NCBI GenBank assembly: GCA_001938485.1
Contig: MQRK01238444.1
Span: 1-52,886 of the forward strand
DNA length: 52,886 bases
Direction: 5' to 3'
Source of the DNA: Girardia tigrina
Lineage: Eukaryota
Shown: positions 39,830 to 52,213 of the stretch, piece after piece
Layout of the letters: every line of letters begins with the position of its first letter
Numbering within the stretch: position 1 is the first letter of the stretch
Notes under the pieces: generated by a model
What the model was told of the DNA's origin: nothing
Seen by the model: the letters and a program-made list of their open reading frames with translations, nothing else
Databases searched by the model: none
Made by a program: the position numbers and the translations under genes

Positions 39830-40510
39830 ACCCGACCTTATGTAAAAAATGTAATAGGAAGTTTTAGTTTTTTGTGTTATTAAATAAGTTAATATATGTT
39901 TTAATTTCAGTAATTGTTCTATTTTATTAAAAGCATTAATATTTTTGTGATATTTTGAATTATCTTCAGTGCGGTTATTTCAGACATCGAATATCTCAGA
40001 TTTATCAAGTTGTTTGTGTTGCAGAATAAGACATGCAGTAAAATCTAAGATCTTTTTTAGTCAACTTACATACATTACTTTTAATTTCAGATTCAAATGT
40101 TAAATATGGGCTCAGAGAGTTTAAAGGTGGTTGCACCTCAGATTTTGATCAAATATTCAGATTTGAAAAAAGAAATGTTTGACACAGTTGATGAACAATT
40201 GGAGAGGATGGTCATAGAAGAGTCACGAATTACCATGAAAATGGTGTCAACGAAGATCAACATCAATGTCGGTACAGCCCACGAGAAATTGAAATCCATG
40301 TGTATCAGAAAACCGTGCTCCAGATTCATACCCTGCTTCTTGATAAATGATATGATGCGAACCTGTGTGATTAGCTCGGTCAGACTTTTCTGGCAAATAT
40401 AATTACGGATGATGAAACCATACACAGCATGTATTTGCCTGAAACAGTGCATGAGTCAACAAAGTGGAAACTGCTTGGAGAGAAGTAATCTTTGAAGATG
40501 CGAACGGGAC
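39830..40510 (+). mobile_element. 5' half of a mariner relic, truncated by the Penelope insertion
   Basis: EESRITMKMV..INVGTAHEKLKSMCIRKPCSRFIP and, in another frame, LANIITDDETIHSMYLPETVHESTKWK; left boundary uncertain. Confidence 0.7.
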
Positions 40511-40580
40511 AAGGTATGGACTACCCTCTTCCGTATCAGCTTTCAGGCCTGTTGCACTGGCTTAGAGTAGTAATCACTTT

Positions 40581-40748
40581 TGATTGTTTTTCTGTCTTGT
40601 CAATGTTTGATTCTGAAGAGTCCAGAGCATTTTTACTTTCCTTTTTATCTTTTTGATCTTTTTGAATAAAATGATCAAAAAGATAAAAAAAAGTAAAAAT
40701 GCTCTGGACTCTTCAGAATCAAAAATTGACAAGACAGAAAAACAATCA
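40581..40748. repeat. Near-perfect inverted repeat, ~77-bp arms with a 14-nt spacer
   Basis: 40581-40658 is the reverse complement of 40673-40748 apart from a 2-nt indel and one mismatch. Confidence 0.95.
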
Positions 40749-41739
40749 CAGATTCAAGATATCATAGGCTATGTATTAAAAGACAAACAATTTGAATTGA
40801 AAAAGGCTACAAATATCTACATTAATAACAATAAGAAAATGAAAAATAATGAATAAAAAACATTAAATGATGTAAGGAAAAAGGACACAATTATTACAAA
40901 ATTTGATAAAGGTAACGGCCTTGTCATACTTAACAAATCAGATTACATAAGTAAAATGAATGACATATTAGGAACAGATAAATTCAGTACATTAAGTTTA
41001 AAAGAAAAAAGTAAACCGTTACCAATGAAGAATGAAACCAAATTAAAGGATATATTAAAGCGTCTTCTTAAGAATAAAAGCATCGATCAGAAATTTGAAA
41101 AATTGTTTATATGCCAGGATTCACAACCAGCTAAATTGTATGGTTTAACTAAAATACATAAAGCTGGTCCTCCACTCCGCCCTGTTTTATCAATGATTGA
41201 CACAGTTCAGTACAAAGTCGCGGAGGTTCTTGATTCACTATTGAGTCCTTTAATTTCATATGATTTTGAGATTAGGGATAGTTTTGATTTCAAAGATTTC
41301 ATTTTGAATCAGGTACCGAAATGTGATTTTGAGTTTATGGTCTCATTTGATGTCTCCAGTTTATTCAAAAATGTACCTATCGATGAAACCATTGATTTGT
41401 GTGAAAAGATGTGGGATAACAACTCTAAATCTGTGAATAAAATAATAAACAAGCAGACACAGAAAGAACTTCTTAAATTTTGTGCCAAAAATGTACCTTT
41501 TCTATTTAATGATGAATGGTACATTCAGGAAGACGGTGTCGCAATGGGTTCCCCATTAGCACAAACTTTGGTATCAATAATTATGAAGTAGCTTGAGGAT
41601 AAAATGAATGCATACCCTGGTGAAAAACCTGTGTTATACAAGAGATATATGGATGATGTCTTTTTGGTTTTCAGAAATCAATCCCTCATAAAACCATTCC
41701 TAACATTCATGAATGGTCTTCATCTGAATATTAAATCCT

Positions 41740-42404
41740 TAATTCGATCAGGAAGACTCAATAGGACAAGAACAACTGTACCGAAGCTGATCAACGAGAG
41801 AGACAAACGTCACTGATGTCCAGTAGAAAGATGCTACAAAGAGTTTGCCGAAAAGAAGGAGTTGAACAGACACATGAAAGGGGACCACGCAGTGTCCACT
41901 TCCGCTAATCCTGATCAGCTCAATGAGATACAACAACAGCAATTGCCATTCCCATGTACACTATGCAAAAAGTCGTACAAAACGAAGGGGTGGCTGACCA
42001 GGNACCTCTACCGGGATCATAAATTGGAGGAGACAGAAGAAATTGGAGAACCGACAATGACACCAGCGCAAACCAGTACAACCACAGAAGAAAGAGTCGT
42101 AGAAAACCTCAACATTTCAGGCAACAAGACTCAATCCGTGACGGACCCCCCGACTATCTCGACGGTGGTGGAAGAAGCGATAGGTACTGAAGAAACACAT
42201 CTGACTTTTAGGATTGCAGATCTAACTGCAAGGGGGGGGTTCAGATTTCCCTTTCGTGGCTGTAGGAAGTCCATGAATACAGCCAAAGGTATGCAGAACC
42301 ATGGCTATACAACCCATGGGTGGTCGTTTCTCACAGGGAAGCCGAAAATATCTCGGAGACTGAAACTATCCGACCCCGTAGGTGGCCTATCGGGGGGCTG
42401 CTAG
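41740..42404 (+). pseudogene. Triple C2H2 zinc-finger coding fragment, probably from another non-LTR retroelement
   Basis: CPVERCYKEFAEKKELNRHMKGDH; CTLCKKSYKTKGWLTRxLYRDH; (F)PFRGCRKSMNTAKGMQNHGYTTH; markedly higher GC than the flanking PLE. Confidence 0.75.
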
Positions 42405-42886
42405 TGATTCTTTAGTTTGGGTGGACCGTCTAAAGAGCCTAGAGGCTCAATACCATTTGAAAGAGATGGGAGGCCCACATTGGAGAGACAAATCGTCATC
42501 TCAAAACCCGGATTAGTGAGCACTCGCAAATGAGTCGATCGAGTAGGGTTCTTGATCATTGGTTATGTTGTAAGGATAGAACCTCATCCATTTCAAAAGA
42601 TGAGTTTTCTATTCTACAAAAGGGATTTGATTCACATTACGAACGACAGTTTTGTGAATAAGACTAATAAGACACTACAACCCATCAATTAACATTCAGA
42701 ATGGGCAAAGTAAGGTTATTTCAATACTTAAAATTTTTAATTAAAATATTTTTTGCCATTATTACCCAATAATATTTTCATAAATAATAATTTTTTGTTA
42801 CCTTTTAAAGTAAATTATATCTATTAAAATTGTATTAAAATTGTATTATTCAAACAATTCAATATTCATTTACTAAACATCCGAAA

Positions 42887-42928
42887 ATTGCTGATGATGA
42901 TGTATGTAAACATCGAAACATGTCTAAT
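42887..42928 (+). ncRNA. Minimal type I hammerhead ribozyme motif
   Basis: attg-CTGATGA-t-gatgt-atgtaa-acatc-GAAA-catg-TC-taat: intact core, 5-bp stem II, palindromic CATG stem III, GUC cleavage site, ~150 bp after the PLE ORF end. Confidence 0.85.
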
Positions 42929-43949
42929 AATTATATAAAAAAAGCTTTAATCAAATTTTATTTTATTATATAAATATACATGGTTATCTTTGAAATACTT
43001 TAAACTTCCTTAATGTTGAAGATTGACTGTTTTGATCAATAATTCATTTTATAAATCAAGATTCTCTATATCTTAATCCATTCTTATTCTCTTAATCCTG
43101 CAACTACTCGCTACAATCCACCTTATCGACTTATAAATGAAAGGATTATACACTTTTTATATTTTGTATTGACACAAGCAAGCGTAGACCATAGAATTAT
43201 TTCAGAAAAGGAAACTTTATGAATTTCTTTTTTGCGACATACTGACATGAATATGTACACAGAAATTTCCGTAGTCGTCCAATATAGTCAATAGTACAAT
43301 GGAATAAAGAGTTATTTTTAATAATATATAATTATATATATATATATAACAATAAACAAATTATATTTTGAAAATATAACTTTCAAATATTTATAATAAT
43401 TAGCAAAGATTTTGCATGTATTAAATCTTTTTTTTATAAAAATTAAAAACAAAATTGCTGAAATCTAAAAAACCCCAACTCAACAGCGTCCTATGATTTA
43501 AAGACATGTTAGAACTTTACAATAAAATAAATAATAAATAAATAAATAAAACACGGAAAAAATACTTAACATTTAAAAAATATTCATTTTATATTTTATA
43601 AAAATTTTGTTCAACAACTAATTAAAAATTGGAAAGAAATTCACGAAATATTTGCTAAATCAACCCAAAATTCAATTAAATCATTGTTTTGACTTTAAAT
43701 GAAAACTAAATTAAATTAAATTAAATCACGAAATTTTAATTTATCGAGATGGGTTTTTTTCCCCGAAGTAAATACATCCTTTTATTGATTTTTAATTGTC
43801 ATTTATTAACAAAATTTGGAGTTAATTCAATTTCTTTTCACATCTTAAAATTTTAATTTGATTATACTTTAAATCAAAGAATCGTTATTTTGAAAGGAAT
43901 GAACGCCAATTTTAATGCTTTTCGCGGAATTTTATCTATCTTGATTGTA

Positions 43950-44095
43950 CAGGTTTGGCTCAAAGGTTTCTGCCGAAATTTCAATAACAATTGAATATCA
44001 ACAAAGTATTTAATCATCAACGTCACATTAGTTTTCAAAATATTCACCATCATGCTCAATGCATCTTTGCCACCTTCATTTATAAATCAAGTGTT
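43950..44095 (-). mobile_element. 3' terminal fragment of a mariner
   Basis: RWQRCIEHDGEYFEN* followed by a TIR-like end cctttgagccaaacctg|TA. Confidence 0.7.
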
Positions 44096-44289
44096 TGAAC
44101 CGCAACAAAGTTTTAACCGAGTACGTGACGTACAATAGTACGTACACGAGGACGTATGTTTTAACATCAAGTTTTGATAAAAAAGTGTTTTATTTTTCAA
44201 GTTCAGTAAATATTTTTAATTTTCAAAATTAAAATTTGATAAAAAAATTCGAAAATGTTATTGGAAATATTTGTTTTACATTTTAAGTA

Positions 44290-45230
44290 TTACGTTGTTG
44301 CAAAAGGAATGAAAGTTTGGAATTTTTAATATTAAATGACTAAAGCATTTATGATGTTATAAGTCATTCAAAAGCTTAATTTATACTCTTTCAGGTATAT
44401 GTGTCTAAAACTTATTATAATATATATTTTGTTAATAATTTATATTTTAATTGCAGATGTCAAAACATGATTTTACTTCTATGAGTTCATGGAAGGGTGC
44501 AATGCAGCTCAAAACGCTCGAGACATCAACGAAGTTTGAGGCAAGGGAAGTGTCAACGAATCCACGATGCAGCGCTCGATCAGATTGTGAATTGTGATGA
44601 GAAGTTAATTCTCTATGACAATCGGCAACGGTAGGCACTATGATTGAACCGCAATGGGACAATTCTACATGAATCCGAAACTCCACCAAACGAAGGTTAT
44701 GGTTACTTTTTGGTGGTCTGCATCTGGTCTCATCAATCATAGCTTTTTGAATACCGGTGAAACGATCACCACAGAGAAGTACTGCCAACAGATTGATTAA
44801 ATGCATCACGAACTCCGACGTATGTGCCTAAAGTTGGTCAATATGAAGGGTTCAATTCTCCTCCATGACAACGCCCGGCCACACATCGCAAAATCGACCC
44901 TACGAAAGCTAAACAAATCGAACTACAAAACTCTGCCTCATCCATCTATCCTACCATCTTGCCCACCGAATACCATTTTTTCAGGAATCTGAACAACTTC
45001 CTCCAGGAAAAATGCTTCAAAAATCAAGATGACGCCAAAGACGTCTTTACCGCTTTCATCGCATTCAGAACTTAGTTCTACACTAGGAGCATCAATAAAC
45101 TCATGTCTCGTTTGCAAATATGTATTGATTATGATGGTTTTTATTTCGTTTAATAAAGTGTATTTTGTGCTGAGTTACATTTATTTTAAGTTTAGGTTCA
45201 AAAACCTGAATTGCGATTGCAAAAACGTAA
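44290..45230 (+). mobile_element. Internally deleted mariner (cecropia-like)
   Basis: TA-flanked degenerate TIRs ttacgttgttgcaaaagg / ttgcaaaaacgtaa; AAQNARDINEV joined directly to DQIVNCDEK, then KVMVTFWWS and LLHDNARPH. Confidence 0.9.
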
Positions 45231-45552
45231 TATGAATTTTCGGGTTTCCTATTCCAATATATTTAGTTGTAAATTGAGATTAATTAGGTTTTATCAAAAA
45301 TTTTCAATCAATCTTTGAGTAATGGAACCCCATATCAATACTTTCGTGAGCTGAAAGTAAAATGGAATGTATTTTAATGATAGTAATACGTCCAAAAGTT
45401 TTTTGAAAACTGCTTTACTAAGAAAGATTACACTTTCTTCATGAAGATATTCAATAAACCAGTTTTATATTAGAGAACATTAATAGCGGTTCATTGTGGA
45501 TACATAATAAAGTGATTTTTAAGTTTTGCTGAGTAATATTTATTGATTTCTA

Positions 45553-45829
45553 TAGGCACCTTAACCGGATGTTTGGTTCATCCCACATCACCAGATCTGC
45601 TTACCAAAAATGGCCCACTGAGCACTTTTATACTATGTATATCTTCGATAAAAATATTAAAGAAAGATACACTTCGTACCAATTTAAAGTTTGAGTATAA
45701 GTTGAGGACATTTCGTCCCCAATGCTTCTAATCATTCGCTTTACCAGGTGATACTAGATCACAAATGCCAGTTATCCTGAGGGAAACTTCAGAGGGAACC
45801 AGCTACTAGATGGTTCGATTAGTCTTTCG
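45553..45829 (-). rRNA. Isolated 28S (LSU) rRNA fragment, pseudogenic
   Basis: Reverse complement contains conserved eukaryotic LSU blocks CGAAAGACTAATCGAACCATCTAGTAGCTGGTTCC, GAAGTTTCCCTCAGGATA, GGTAAAGCGAATGATTAGA, AGTGGGCCATTTTTGGTAAGCAGA and GGGATGAACC; flanks are non-rDNA. Confidence 0.95.
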
Positions 45830-46821
45830 ATTAGTCTTTCATTGGTTTTCAAATTTTCAATCATGTGTAGTCCGAGGAAATGTTGAATGTACAACTAGGT
45901 TTATGAAATGAAGGTAATTTTTTAAAAGTAAACTAATAAAATAGCATAGTCCTTCAATCTTTAATAAAATATGCTTCGGAATTTCAAAATTAAAATCTTA
46001 TTTATAATTTTGTGATCATATTTATATTTAAATATCCTCTATTCCTGTCCCATAAACAATCTATCAATAAAAATAGATCATTTACTATTATTCGAAAACT
46101 TCAAACACTCAAAATAGTTTGATTCTTTTAATGACTTTTTCCTATTTGTTTTAGCTTTTAATGTTGTCACCTATTTTACAAATACGAATAATATATAAAT
46201 AATATGAAAATTAAATTAAATTAAATTAAATAATCAAATTAAAAGAAATATAAATAAAATTAAATAAGATATTGTTATTAGCTTTTTTTGAGTTCATAAA
46301 ATTTTCGAATTTGAAATCTAATCAATATTTTACATTTCTATTTACAGATTAGATTAAAAGGAGATTTTTATAAATAGCGTAAAAAAGCAATTATATAGGA
46401 AATTAATTTTAATGCGAATATAAAATCAATAAATAGATTTATTAATAAAGTGAATCGTAATTTTATATGAAACATAAAATTTAATTTTTTAGAAATAATA
46501 AATAAACTAGAAAACTATTTGGTAACTTTTGATATTAATTCAGAAATTTTAAATCAAAATATAATTTGCAATTTTTAAAAAATATAACTTTTATTTTAAA
46601 AAAGTATATTGTCACAGAAATTCGAAGGTAATTTAAAATTGTTTAATTAAACTAAAAGCGTAATTATTATAATTTTATTTTTATTTTTGAAAATATAATT
46701 TTATTTTATCTAAGAAAGGGGTAATGTAAAAGTTGTTAAATCAAACGAAATTTCGATTTTAATTTTATCTTTAAAACGTATTTCACTAAATCTGAAATAA
46801 TTGTCATTTTAATTTTATCTT

Positions 46822-47040
46822 TGTGAGGGAAAATTTGGAATGTTGTAAGTTTGTTGTTTGTATGCTGTTTAGAATTTTAAAATTTTGAGAAATTAAAAGT
46901 TAATATTAAAAAATTTTCCATTCTTAGATTTGAATACATAAATATATTAATCAAAGAGAGATGCTTACTGATAATTGTTGTGAAAAATCTGTTTGTGTTG
47001 TAAATAAAAATTTACATGCAAATTGTGACGTTGTTAATAA
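46822..47040 (+). repeat. Family A copy with internal deletion (may extend to ~47460)
   Basis: tgtgagggaaaatttggaatgttgtaagtttgttgtttgtatgctgtttaga is joined to the distal part of the 29752-30169 copy. Confidence 0.85.
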
Positions 47041-50000
47041 TCTTGGTAAATGGTCAGTTATTCAAATTTTCTCTTCAAAATTAAAATATTTTTTTGTGAA
47101 TAGAAAATTTTCTGGTTTTGATTGCAGAATTGAGGGAATCATTATTAAAAATTTAAATGGTCTTTCGAAAAGAGAACTTATCTAAGTTGATTTGTAAGAT
47201 TGTTAGATATTTTGAAAAGTTTTTTTGTTAGCTGATAAATTGAATTTCATTTACTGATATTTTTTAGTTGATTTGAGAAGTGAATTTTTGAGATATAAAA
47301 GGGTTTTAATGATCAATAATTCATCAAAAAGCTCTGTGATTATGATATTTTTTGTAATATTATCTTATTTATTTTGAAAATATTGACTTTTGATATAAAA
47401 ATCTACATCTAAAGAAAGAAATTTGTTTAGGAAAATACATAATTCAAAAAGAGCCGAACAAATTAAAAACCTAAACTCCAAGGTAAAGGGGCCCAACACA
47501 AACTAGACTGATACCACCGAAATGTCTTTGGGACTGATTGGAGACTGCTTGAACAATAAGGATAACAATTCTATCTTCTTTTGAAAAAGGTACATGAATA
47601 CTGGGAAATATTTGTTCGGAGGAATCGTTTTTTTTAATTGTTGTTTCTTATTTTGGTTATATATATATATATATATACACACACTCAAACCTTTACTGAA
47701 TTTTTAGTTTAGAAAATAGTTACATATAAATAAATTCTGATCGGAGTCAATTAACTGACTTTTTAATATCGAATTTTTTAAAATATTATCGTGATTGCCT
47801 ATATTTTCTGTTCTTTATATTTATAATTTAGAAACATATTTTTGAAAGCTTATTAATCAATTTCCTCCAAATTTGCCACACGTACGCATTTTTGATGACA
47901 ATAAATGATTATGGGAAAATTTTATCAAACTATTATTTTTATTTATTGATTTTTATTTATATTCTTATTTAAAATAAATAGTATTTTTATTTTTATTTTA
48001 TTTTTGATCAAGCTTTTATTTTTATTTATTTATTTTTATTTAAATTTATTTTGCAAAAAGAACTGTGTAAACTATATTATATAGAAAGGCTTTTGTCTTT
48101 TTCCTTCCATGTTTTATAATAAATTTGTTATGTTATTAGTAAATATTTAATTGCAAAATGGAGTTGAATATTTTTTGGTATGAAATTTTCCTTTCCACAA
48201 TAGATTTAAATAGTTACTAATAATATAATTAATTTATTAAAAAATGTAATAGTAATTTTCTCTTCTACTAAAGATAACAAAAAGAATATCATTGGCCAAG
48301 TAAAGTTCTGCCCACATGAGGAATAGATATAAAAAGTTTTTTGATTCACTAGTTTCGTAATAATCCTTTTATTTTTATTCTAAAATTTTGGATAGAAGAT
48401 TTGATATTTTAATATCTAATTCATTTTCGTCTTAAGTGTTTACTGAAGAGAAAAATTGCAATCTACCTTATACATTGGATTACTTGTCAAATTACAGAAC
48501 ATCAGTTAGAAACTTCATTACTTATCATAATCCTGATTCTTTAAGTTTTGATTTACACATTTATGCTCAGCATACTAAATTACAGTCCCAAAGGATTTTA
48601 AGTCATCAATCAAGAATAATATTCAAAATAAATAATATTTCTATTGTATAAAAATTGTATACACTTATACATCTGGTATTTATATTATTAATAAAATAGT
48701 ACGAAATAAATTTCAAAGGATTTTAAGTTTGCTTTTCATAGAAAATTTTGAGGTTATTTTTACTATTTCTCAATAAAAAAATTCTGTAAAAAAAGATTTT
48801 AAAATTTTGTCAGTATAATATAGGTTTCATATGTTTTTATAGAAATATTGTTTTTGTTCGTGATAATTTTCTAATACGTTTCATGGACGTACTTTGTTAC
48901 AGATTTGTAATTTTTGAAACAGAAATTTTAAAAGAATACATTAGAATTAGTTCAAAATAAAATTTCTTCAGACCTGTTGCAGAAGCCGTGTCCTTTTCAA
49001 TACGAAGGTCATGATATGAAGAATCATTAGAAACATCAACTTCTTTAAAATTTAAGAAACCTTTCAAAGATTTAATTGTTATTTTTTGGGTTTTCTTTTC
49101 GATTTATGAGTAATGTGATATGAATTAGTTTTAGATGAATTGTCTTTAATCATTTGAACAGCATTATGTGTCAAATACGATACAAATACGACTGCCGTTT
49201 GATTATATCGTTAGTGGCTTTCTTTGATAGCAATATATATTATACTTTTTTGAAATTATTATATCATTTAAAAGCAAGACTCTTTTTAAACTCAAAATTG
49301 ATTTAGTTTCACAATTATTTTTAACATTGAATTAAACACCAATCAAATTTAAAAATTTTTACATTCCTACACATACACGCAATTCACCAATTACAAGTGT
49401 TAATTTCAGACTCACCCATATACACACACAATCCCAACACACATTTGCATTCAAACAATACACATTTCAAATTACAAACTTACAAGTGATTGGTGACTTC
49501 AAATTCACAAATAAATCGCGTGATTTCAATCACGCATTTTTCCTTTTCAAACAAAAATTTGAAATTCAATCAAGTCATATTTCTTTTGTCGATACAAAAG
49601 CCAAATCAACAAAAATGATTAAAAATGTCCGACGATAAATAATAACAGTTAATAACTTTATTTAAATAAATTTTATCTAACTATTAATTATTTTCTTTAG
49701 TTTCTTTAATTATTTTACTTAATTATTATTGTTATTTAATTTAAATTAATTATTTCAAAAACACCGGCCAATGTTCGCTCAATGCATTAATTTCTACTCC
49801 AATATCATAAAAATAATAAATTTAACCTTTTCATTACTGGCTTAATTTTTTAAGACTGAAAATAGTTTAATTAATAATTGCAATAGATTTACAGGAGTAT
49901 GAATCCTTGGATTGTGAAAGGGTTGAGATTTCAAGACTGGAATTTGAAATAATTGTTCCTTACTTTATCTGAAGCTTCTAAATATTTCTTCGTAAAAATC

Positions 50001-50730
50001 TAAATCAGAATATTTTTAGAAAACAAGGAAATTATGAAAAAACAATTACTTTGCCGTAATATTCATACTTTATTTTGACTGATAAAAATAATTATATTGA
50101 TCAATATTTTATTAATTTACTTTTCTCTATTTTTAAATTTACAACATATCCCACAATATTATTTTCCATACACCTCCATAAAAATTTTATAATTTTTTAA
50201 TTACAATGATGCTGAATAATATTTCATTGGAAAAAGAATATTTATTTATATTTATAAATTTATTGATTATATTTTAAATTCAACATAATGTATTTCAGGA
50301 AAACAAAGTTAACTTGAGCCCACAAAGTTTTCAGAAATTACATAAAAAATGTTTTTTTGATAACAAAAAAAACTACAAATTGTAATCCTATAATGATAGA
50401 ATTTATAAAAATTTTAAAAAAATATATTTTTCCTTTCCTTCAATATTTTCTATTGGATAGTTTCACAAACTCCCTCAGACTTTACCATGTGTATATGTTG
50501 GTTTTGTGGCAAACGCCGAGAAGTATTATAAATTTAATAAATATAAAATGTCTCAAAATTGCAACTGCATCGAGATTTAGAAAGGTTAAATTTTACAAAA
50601 AATAAAAAAATATTTATATTTATTTAAACAATCAATAATTATTAACCAATGATTACAGATTAAATAACTACTTGAAGAACAATAATTTTTTCAATTAATT
50701 TCACTTACTGTTAATTTAATTTCTTAATTA

Positions 50731-51018
50731 ATTTCTTACATTCCTGTAATTTTATATAAAATAACTATACTAATTTATATGAAAAAACTTTTTTATAATT
50801 ATTTAAAATTATTTTATTTATAATTATGATATTTATTTTTGTGAGTCCCNNNNNNNNNNNNNNNNNNNNNNNNNNNNNNNNNNNNNNNNNNNNNNNNNNG
50901 GGACTCACAAAAATAAATATCATAATTATAAATAAAATAATTTTAAATAATTATAAAAAAGTTTTTTCATATAAATTAGTATAGTTATTTTATATAAAAT
51001 TACAGGAATGTAAGAAAT
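50731..51018. repeat. Perfect ~119-bp inverted repeat flanking an assembly gap
   Basis: 50731-50849 is the exact reverse complement of 50900-51018. Confidence 0.9.
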
Positions 51019-51909
51019 ACACATTAAAATTATTATTATTTTATCATTATCATTATTTTTATTATCATTTTTATTATTTTTTTCTGATTATTCTAAATCC
51101 TTTATCATTACTAACTCTAATATTATTTATGTAACGAAATTATTTATATTTTGATACTTTTGTAATCATATTTTGTTTATAAAATTTATTTTTTGAAAAA
51201 TATTTATATTTTAAAAAGGGCTTAGAAATATATATTTTTTTAACAAATTCCCACATCGTATTTGAATGCTGTTTGGAATATATCGAACCAGCAACGACTG
51301 CCATGTCTCTATAACTGATAAGTGCCTAATTGAAACGATTTTATGGATCATAAACGTCATTTGAATAATAAATAAAGTTCCAACGTGGAGATCTTGTCAA
51401 TAACAGGTTGCTTCTCTCACCATAAAGAATGTCATTATATTTTAATTATTGTTCAAAATTTATGAATCTTTTATTATCGGCTTTTAATATTAACACATTT
51501 TCCTCGAAGCAATTTTTTTCCTTGAATAATTTGTAATTTATATTTTTAATGAAAGTATTTTAATTTTACTAATATAAAAAGAATTAAAACAACTTTGTAA
51601 GTAGGAAATAATAAAATTATAAAATTCTAAGTAAATGTATATTATTCACAACCTTCTTTCTAAGAGGATGTCAATGAAATCCGTACAGTTTTTAATAAGT
51701 TGTTAAATCTATTAAGTTTGGTTATTATTCATTATAAAAAATGTCTTTCCTTTGGTTAAGCCGCTGTTAATTGAATCTAAGAGAGATATAAAGTTTCACT
51801 TTTTTTGTAACTCCTCGAGTCAAAACATGGCATAAATAAACGACATAAATACATAAACATTTGATTTATTATTCAAATTTCTTTCAATGCAAACAATTTA
51901 AATATTTAC

Positions 51910-52019
51910 CAAATTTCCGTCAATACATCGTCGCAAAATGAGGACTGAAATGACATTTTGATGATCATTACTGAAGTCATAATTTTCTACTTTCTTTTCA
52001 TTTCCAAGCTTTACTTTTA
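51910..52019 (-). CDS. Weak candidate host exon
   Basis: aaaattccag|...|gtaaat around an open frame KVKLGNEKKVENYDFSNDHQNVISVLILRRCIDGNL ending in phase 0; poor pyrimidine tract. Confidence 0.3.
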
Positions 52020-52213
52020 CTGGAATTTTATATTTTTTTATGAAAAAAAGTTTTAACAATAAACGTTTTAAAGAAAATGAAAGGAATAAAATCAAATTTA
52101 ATATTAACGATATTTATTTAGGAGTTATGACTTTGCTAAAGAATTTGCTAAAAACTGCCACAAATATTTTATTTTTTAAAAAAAGAAATATTTGACACAT
52201 ATCTCAAAGGGTC

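Larger units (their letters stand above)
40511..42990 (+). mobile_element. Penelope-like retroelement with 5' inversion, internal zinc-finger replacement and 3' hammerhead pLTR
   Basis: IITKFDKGNG, LYGLTKIHKAGPPLRPVLS, SFDVSSLFKNVP, QEDGVAMGSPLA, YKRYMDDVF; GIY-YIG tail HIGETNRHLKTRISEH...LIRHYNPSINIQ at 42476-42745. Confidence 0.92.

Noticed and set aside
45543-45731. 62-aa ORF (GCLVHPTSPDLLTKNGPL)
   Set aside because: Antisense translation of 28S rRNA, a well-known spurious ORF type.
48860-49240. Minus-strand ORF1-like relic (DLRIEKD, YSFKISV)
   Set aside because: Frameshifted, with only a faint resemblance to CR1/L2 ORF1; not supportable.
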